Shown here: positions 22,932 through 25,300 of the stretch, in pieces
Layout of the letters: every line of letters starts with the position of its first letter
How positions within the stretch are numbered: position 1 is the first letter of the stretch
Virus record (IMG/VR): IMGVR_UViG_3300037424_001381
Location: 1 to 25,300 of that record
Strand: one strand, 5' to 3'
Length of the DNA stretch: 25,300 nucleotides
Source: a virus
Taxonomy: Duplodnaviria > Caudoviricetes
Translations under genes and position numbers: made by a program
Notes under the pieces: model-generated
The model's input: only the letters and a program-made list of their open reading frames with translations
Databases searched by the model: none
Told to the model about the DNA's origin: nothing

Positions 22932-22935
22932 CCTT

Positions 22936-23805
22936 TCACCCCACGATCTCTTCAATGGTCACGAAGCCGAGGGCGATCGCATCGACATCGCAGGTTGCGG
23001 CCAAGAAATCCCCAATCTCCGCGGAGTCGGATATGACCTCTTCTTCCACTTCAACAATGTGGGCTAGGGCGTCTGAGATTTCGACAGTGGCCATGCGCAT
23101 GACTTCAACCTCCACACTCCCAAGCTGGGGAGCTATATGCAACGCGACGGCTTGGTCGATCTCCTCAACCAAGTCCACAATGATACGGCGCACCGCGATG
23201 ATGGCCAGGACCATATCGAGTTCTGCCGCCTGGCCCACAAGCCGACGGATAGGCGCAGTGATCGTCTGCGCTAGATCGGCTTCAATGACCTGCCCGATGG
23301 TGGCCGTCTTCCGCGCCGAGAATGGCTGCGCGAGTTCCGTTTCTGTCGCCTGGCCAACTGGGACGACAGTCTCTCCGCCACCGGCCTCGGTGATGCTCTG
23401 CGCGAGGTCGGTCTCCGAAGCCTGAGGGACAGCGAGGAGCTTTTGCCGCCCTATTGCCTGAGCAGCGTCTGCCTCGGACGGCTGCCCGACGACCTTGACC
23501 TTGCGCTTGAACAGGGCCTGCACTAGGTCTGTTTCGATCGCCTGCCCAAGCGCCACGCGCTTGAATACAGCAATGGGCTGCGCCAGCTCGGTTTCGACGA
23601 CAAGGCCGATGGCCAGCCGCTTGACCCGCGCGATGGCCTGAGCGAGATCGGTCTCGACCACCTGGCCAACAAGTCGCTTCTTGGGTGCCCACGTCACCAC
23701 CAGGGCGAGGTCGGTTTCCGTGACCAGTCCGACAGCGACGGTCTGTCCGGATACGGAAGACTCTTGGGCCCCAGCATAAAGAAGTGGTTGCCAGACCCAG
23801 CTCAC
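22936..23805 (-). CDS. fibre-like protein with ten ~20-aa tandem repeats
   Basis: Repeats follow the consensus VGQxxETDLAQxI, e.g. VGQVVETDLAQAIARVKR and VGQATETELAQPFSARKT. The C-terminus is acidic. Confidence 0.8.
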   Translation of the reverse strand: MSWVWQPLLYAGAQESSVSGQTVAVGLVTETDLALVVTWAPKKRLVGQVVETDLAQAIARVKRLAIGLVVETELAQPIAVFKRVALGQAIETDLVQALFKRKVKVVGQPSEADAAQAIGRQKLLAVPQASETDLAQSITEAGGGETVVPVGQATETELAQPFSARKTATIGQVIEADLAQTITAPIRRLVGQAAELDMVLAIIAVRRIIVDLVEEIDQAVALHIAPQLGSVEVEVMRMATVEISDALAHIVEVEEEVISDSAEIGDFLAATCDVDAIALGFVTIEEIVG

Positions 23806-23806
23806 G

Positions 23807-24145
23807 TCATGTCACCTTGCGAAGCGACCACGCAATGGATCGGTCGGTCCCGCTGATCTTCCTGACACCGATCTCCCAGCCCTCAGCTAGGAAGAACCCG
23901 GTGATGATGACCGGACTACCCTGCACGCCCACAACGCGACCCGTGTGCACCGTGCGCTGTGTGCCGGCGTTGACCTTCTCGACCAGTCGCCACTCGAACA
24001 CGTCGCCGGCGGTCATCGCGCCGAAGTCGATCCACGCTTGGCTGAGGGTGTCTTCCGTCTGGTCAACCTTGGACGTAGAGTTGGAGGCCAACCAGTGTTC
24101 GGTCGTGCCGATCGTTGCGCTGTTGATGACAACAGAAATCGTCAT
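23807..24145 (-). CDS. small beta-rich putative structural protein (112 aa)
   Basis: Tightly packed ORF with AGGA RBS; beta-strand pattern ending GTDRSIAWSLRKV. Confidence 0.7.
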   Translation of the reverse strand: MTISVVINSATIGTTEHWLASNSTSKVDQTEDTLSQAWIDFGAMTAGDVFEWRLVEKVNAGTQRTVHTGRVVGVQGSPVIITGFFLAEGWEIGVRKISGTDRSIAWSLRKVT

Positions 24146-24154
24146 GGGTCCGTC

Positions 24155-24970
24155 CTATGCTGCGTACACGATCACGCCCAATGCCTCAGCGGCAGCCCCG
24201 TCCACATCGACGTACAACGCCTCGCCAGCGGGCAGGGGATAACACGCCGGAAAGGACGGGTACGGCCCGGCCAGGTCTTCGCTCGAGGATGGAACACAGA
24301 AGTCCCATATCCCGATGATGTCGGCCGCCGCGGCGTCTCTGGCTAGGCGCACCCTGTAGATGCCCGCTGAGAGGGCCGTATTGGCCGCGAAGTCCAGCCC
24401 AACGTGGAACCATCGGTGCGCCCTCGTTGTTGCGGCAATCACCTGAGCCTCAGTGCCAAACGTCCCGGAACCAGACGTGACCGCCGTGCCGATACTGCTT
24501 CCGGCCACGGCCCCATACTGTGTCCATTCCTGCGGCGCATCCTCGGCGTAGCCGTGGGGCGGCAACTCAAATGCCTTGGCGTGAACCACCACCGTATCGA
24601 CGGTGATGACGGCCTGACACTGCGCCCGGAGCGCCTTGCCAGCCGGAATGTAGAGCGGGAAGAAGTATTTCCTGCCCCCCCCGGCCAGGCTTTGGGCTGC
24701 CCCGAAGTCGAGGTACGGGATAACGATTTGCTCGCTCCCGCCGCCAGTTGGACCAACGCCAATGTTGGCTAGCATCCCCGTGTTAGTCGTCGCCGTAGAC
24801 ACGTTCGTCGCCGCCAGGTCGATGCCGAACACATCGTAGGAAAGCGGGTCGAGAAGCGTGACCCAGTTTCCCTGCGTATGCGGAGTCGCATGAGCCGTGA
24901 CCGTCACGCCTGCCTTGGCAGTCACCTGATAGGGTCGGCCGAAGCCGGAGGGCGGAAAAACTACTGGCAT
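24155..24970 (-). CDS. putative structural protein with two tandem jelly-roll-like domains (271 aa)
   Basis: Internal duplication: GVTVTA..TQGNWVTL...PLYIPAGKALRAQ versus GTAVTS..TFGTEAQV...CYPLPAGEALYVD. Confidence 0.7.
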   Translation of the reverse strand: MPVVFPPSGFGRPYQVTAKAGVTVTAHATPHTQGNWVTLLDPLSYDVFGIDLAATNVSTATTNTGMLANIGVGPTGGGSEQIVIPYLDFGAAQSLAGGGRKYFFPLYIPAGKALRAQCQAVITVDTVVVHAKAFELPPHGYAEDAPQEWTQYGAVAGSSIGTAVTSGSGTFGTEAQVIAATTRAHRWFHVGLDFAANTALSAGIYRVRLARDAAAADIIGIWDFCVPSSSEDLAGPYPSFPACYPLPAGEALYVDVDGAAAEALGVIVYAA

Positions 24971-25300
24971 CAGCTCGCCCGGAAGAAGCCCGCCGCGTTG
25001 ATCTGCGCCACGATATCCGAGCCATCGGGCGTCACGGCGAAGGTGTGGTGCGTCAACGGGATGATCGCCGAGTCGGCAGACGAGTTCGGGTCGTAGCCGA
25101 TCACCAGGGCGCCTACCGCGTTCCCGGTGGCCCCCGACCAGGTGATGTCGGGGATGTCCACGTCCATCGTGTTCCCGGCTTCCTGCTCGGTCAGCACAAT
25201 AGCATCGACGTCGGTCAGGTACTTCCGCCCCATCGTGGTCTGCTCGTTCGTCGTGCCATCAAGGACCTGGGAGATACTGTCCGAGTCCTCGAGCTGGGCC
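24970..25300 (-). CDS. partial phage structural/fibre-associated protein (5' end outside the window)
   Basis: The frame is open to the window edge (AQLEDSDSISQVLDGTTNEQTTMGRKYLT..). DITWSGATG..GALVIGYD..VTPDGSDIVAQINAAGFF resembles small virion fibre/ring proteins. Confidence 0.7.
   Translation of the reverse strand, partial: AQLEDSDSISQVLDGTTNEQTTMGRKYLTDVDAIVLTEQEAGNTMDVDIPDITWSGATGNAVGALVIGYDPNSSADSAIIPLTHHTFAVTPDGSDIVAQINAAGFFRAS

Overview
A 25.3-kb piece of a GC-rich (roughly two-thirds G+C by eye) tailed phage or prophage with siphovirus-type morphogenesis genes. The left ~3.5 kb holds the 3' half of a tRNA, a small lipoprotein, and a switch of two back-to-back sigma70 promoters. These drive an apparently leaderless XRE/Cro-type HTH gene leftwards and an early operon rightwards (membrane-anchored SLH protein, unknown, RecT/Bet recombinase, Zn-finger, HTH-GIY-YIG). 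The remaining ~22 kb is one minus-strand late operon. In transcription order it contains: fibre-like/repeat structural proteins, gpF-like minor head protein, scaffold, major capsid, decoration protein, a ~5-kb glycan-building cassette, head-tail joining genes, tail tube, G/GT chaperones with a -1 frameshift, tape measure, LamG-bearing tail protein, Kelch-like propeller RBP, and a lysis cassette invaded by an endonuclease VII gene. The standout is the glycan cassette (GT4-FkbM fusion, Maf/DUF115-like transferase, GT2, Methyltransf_24, radical SAM). It is wedged between the capsid/decoration and neck genes and is a candidate virion glycosylation and glycan-tailoring system. No integrase, terminase or portal is visible. 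All product calls come from motif recognition by eye, not database searches.
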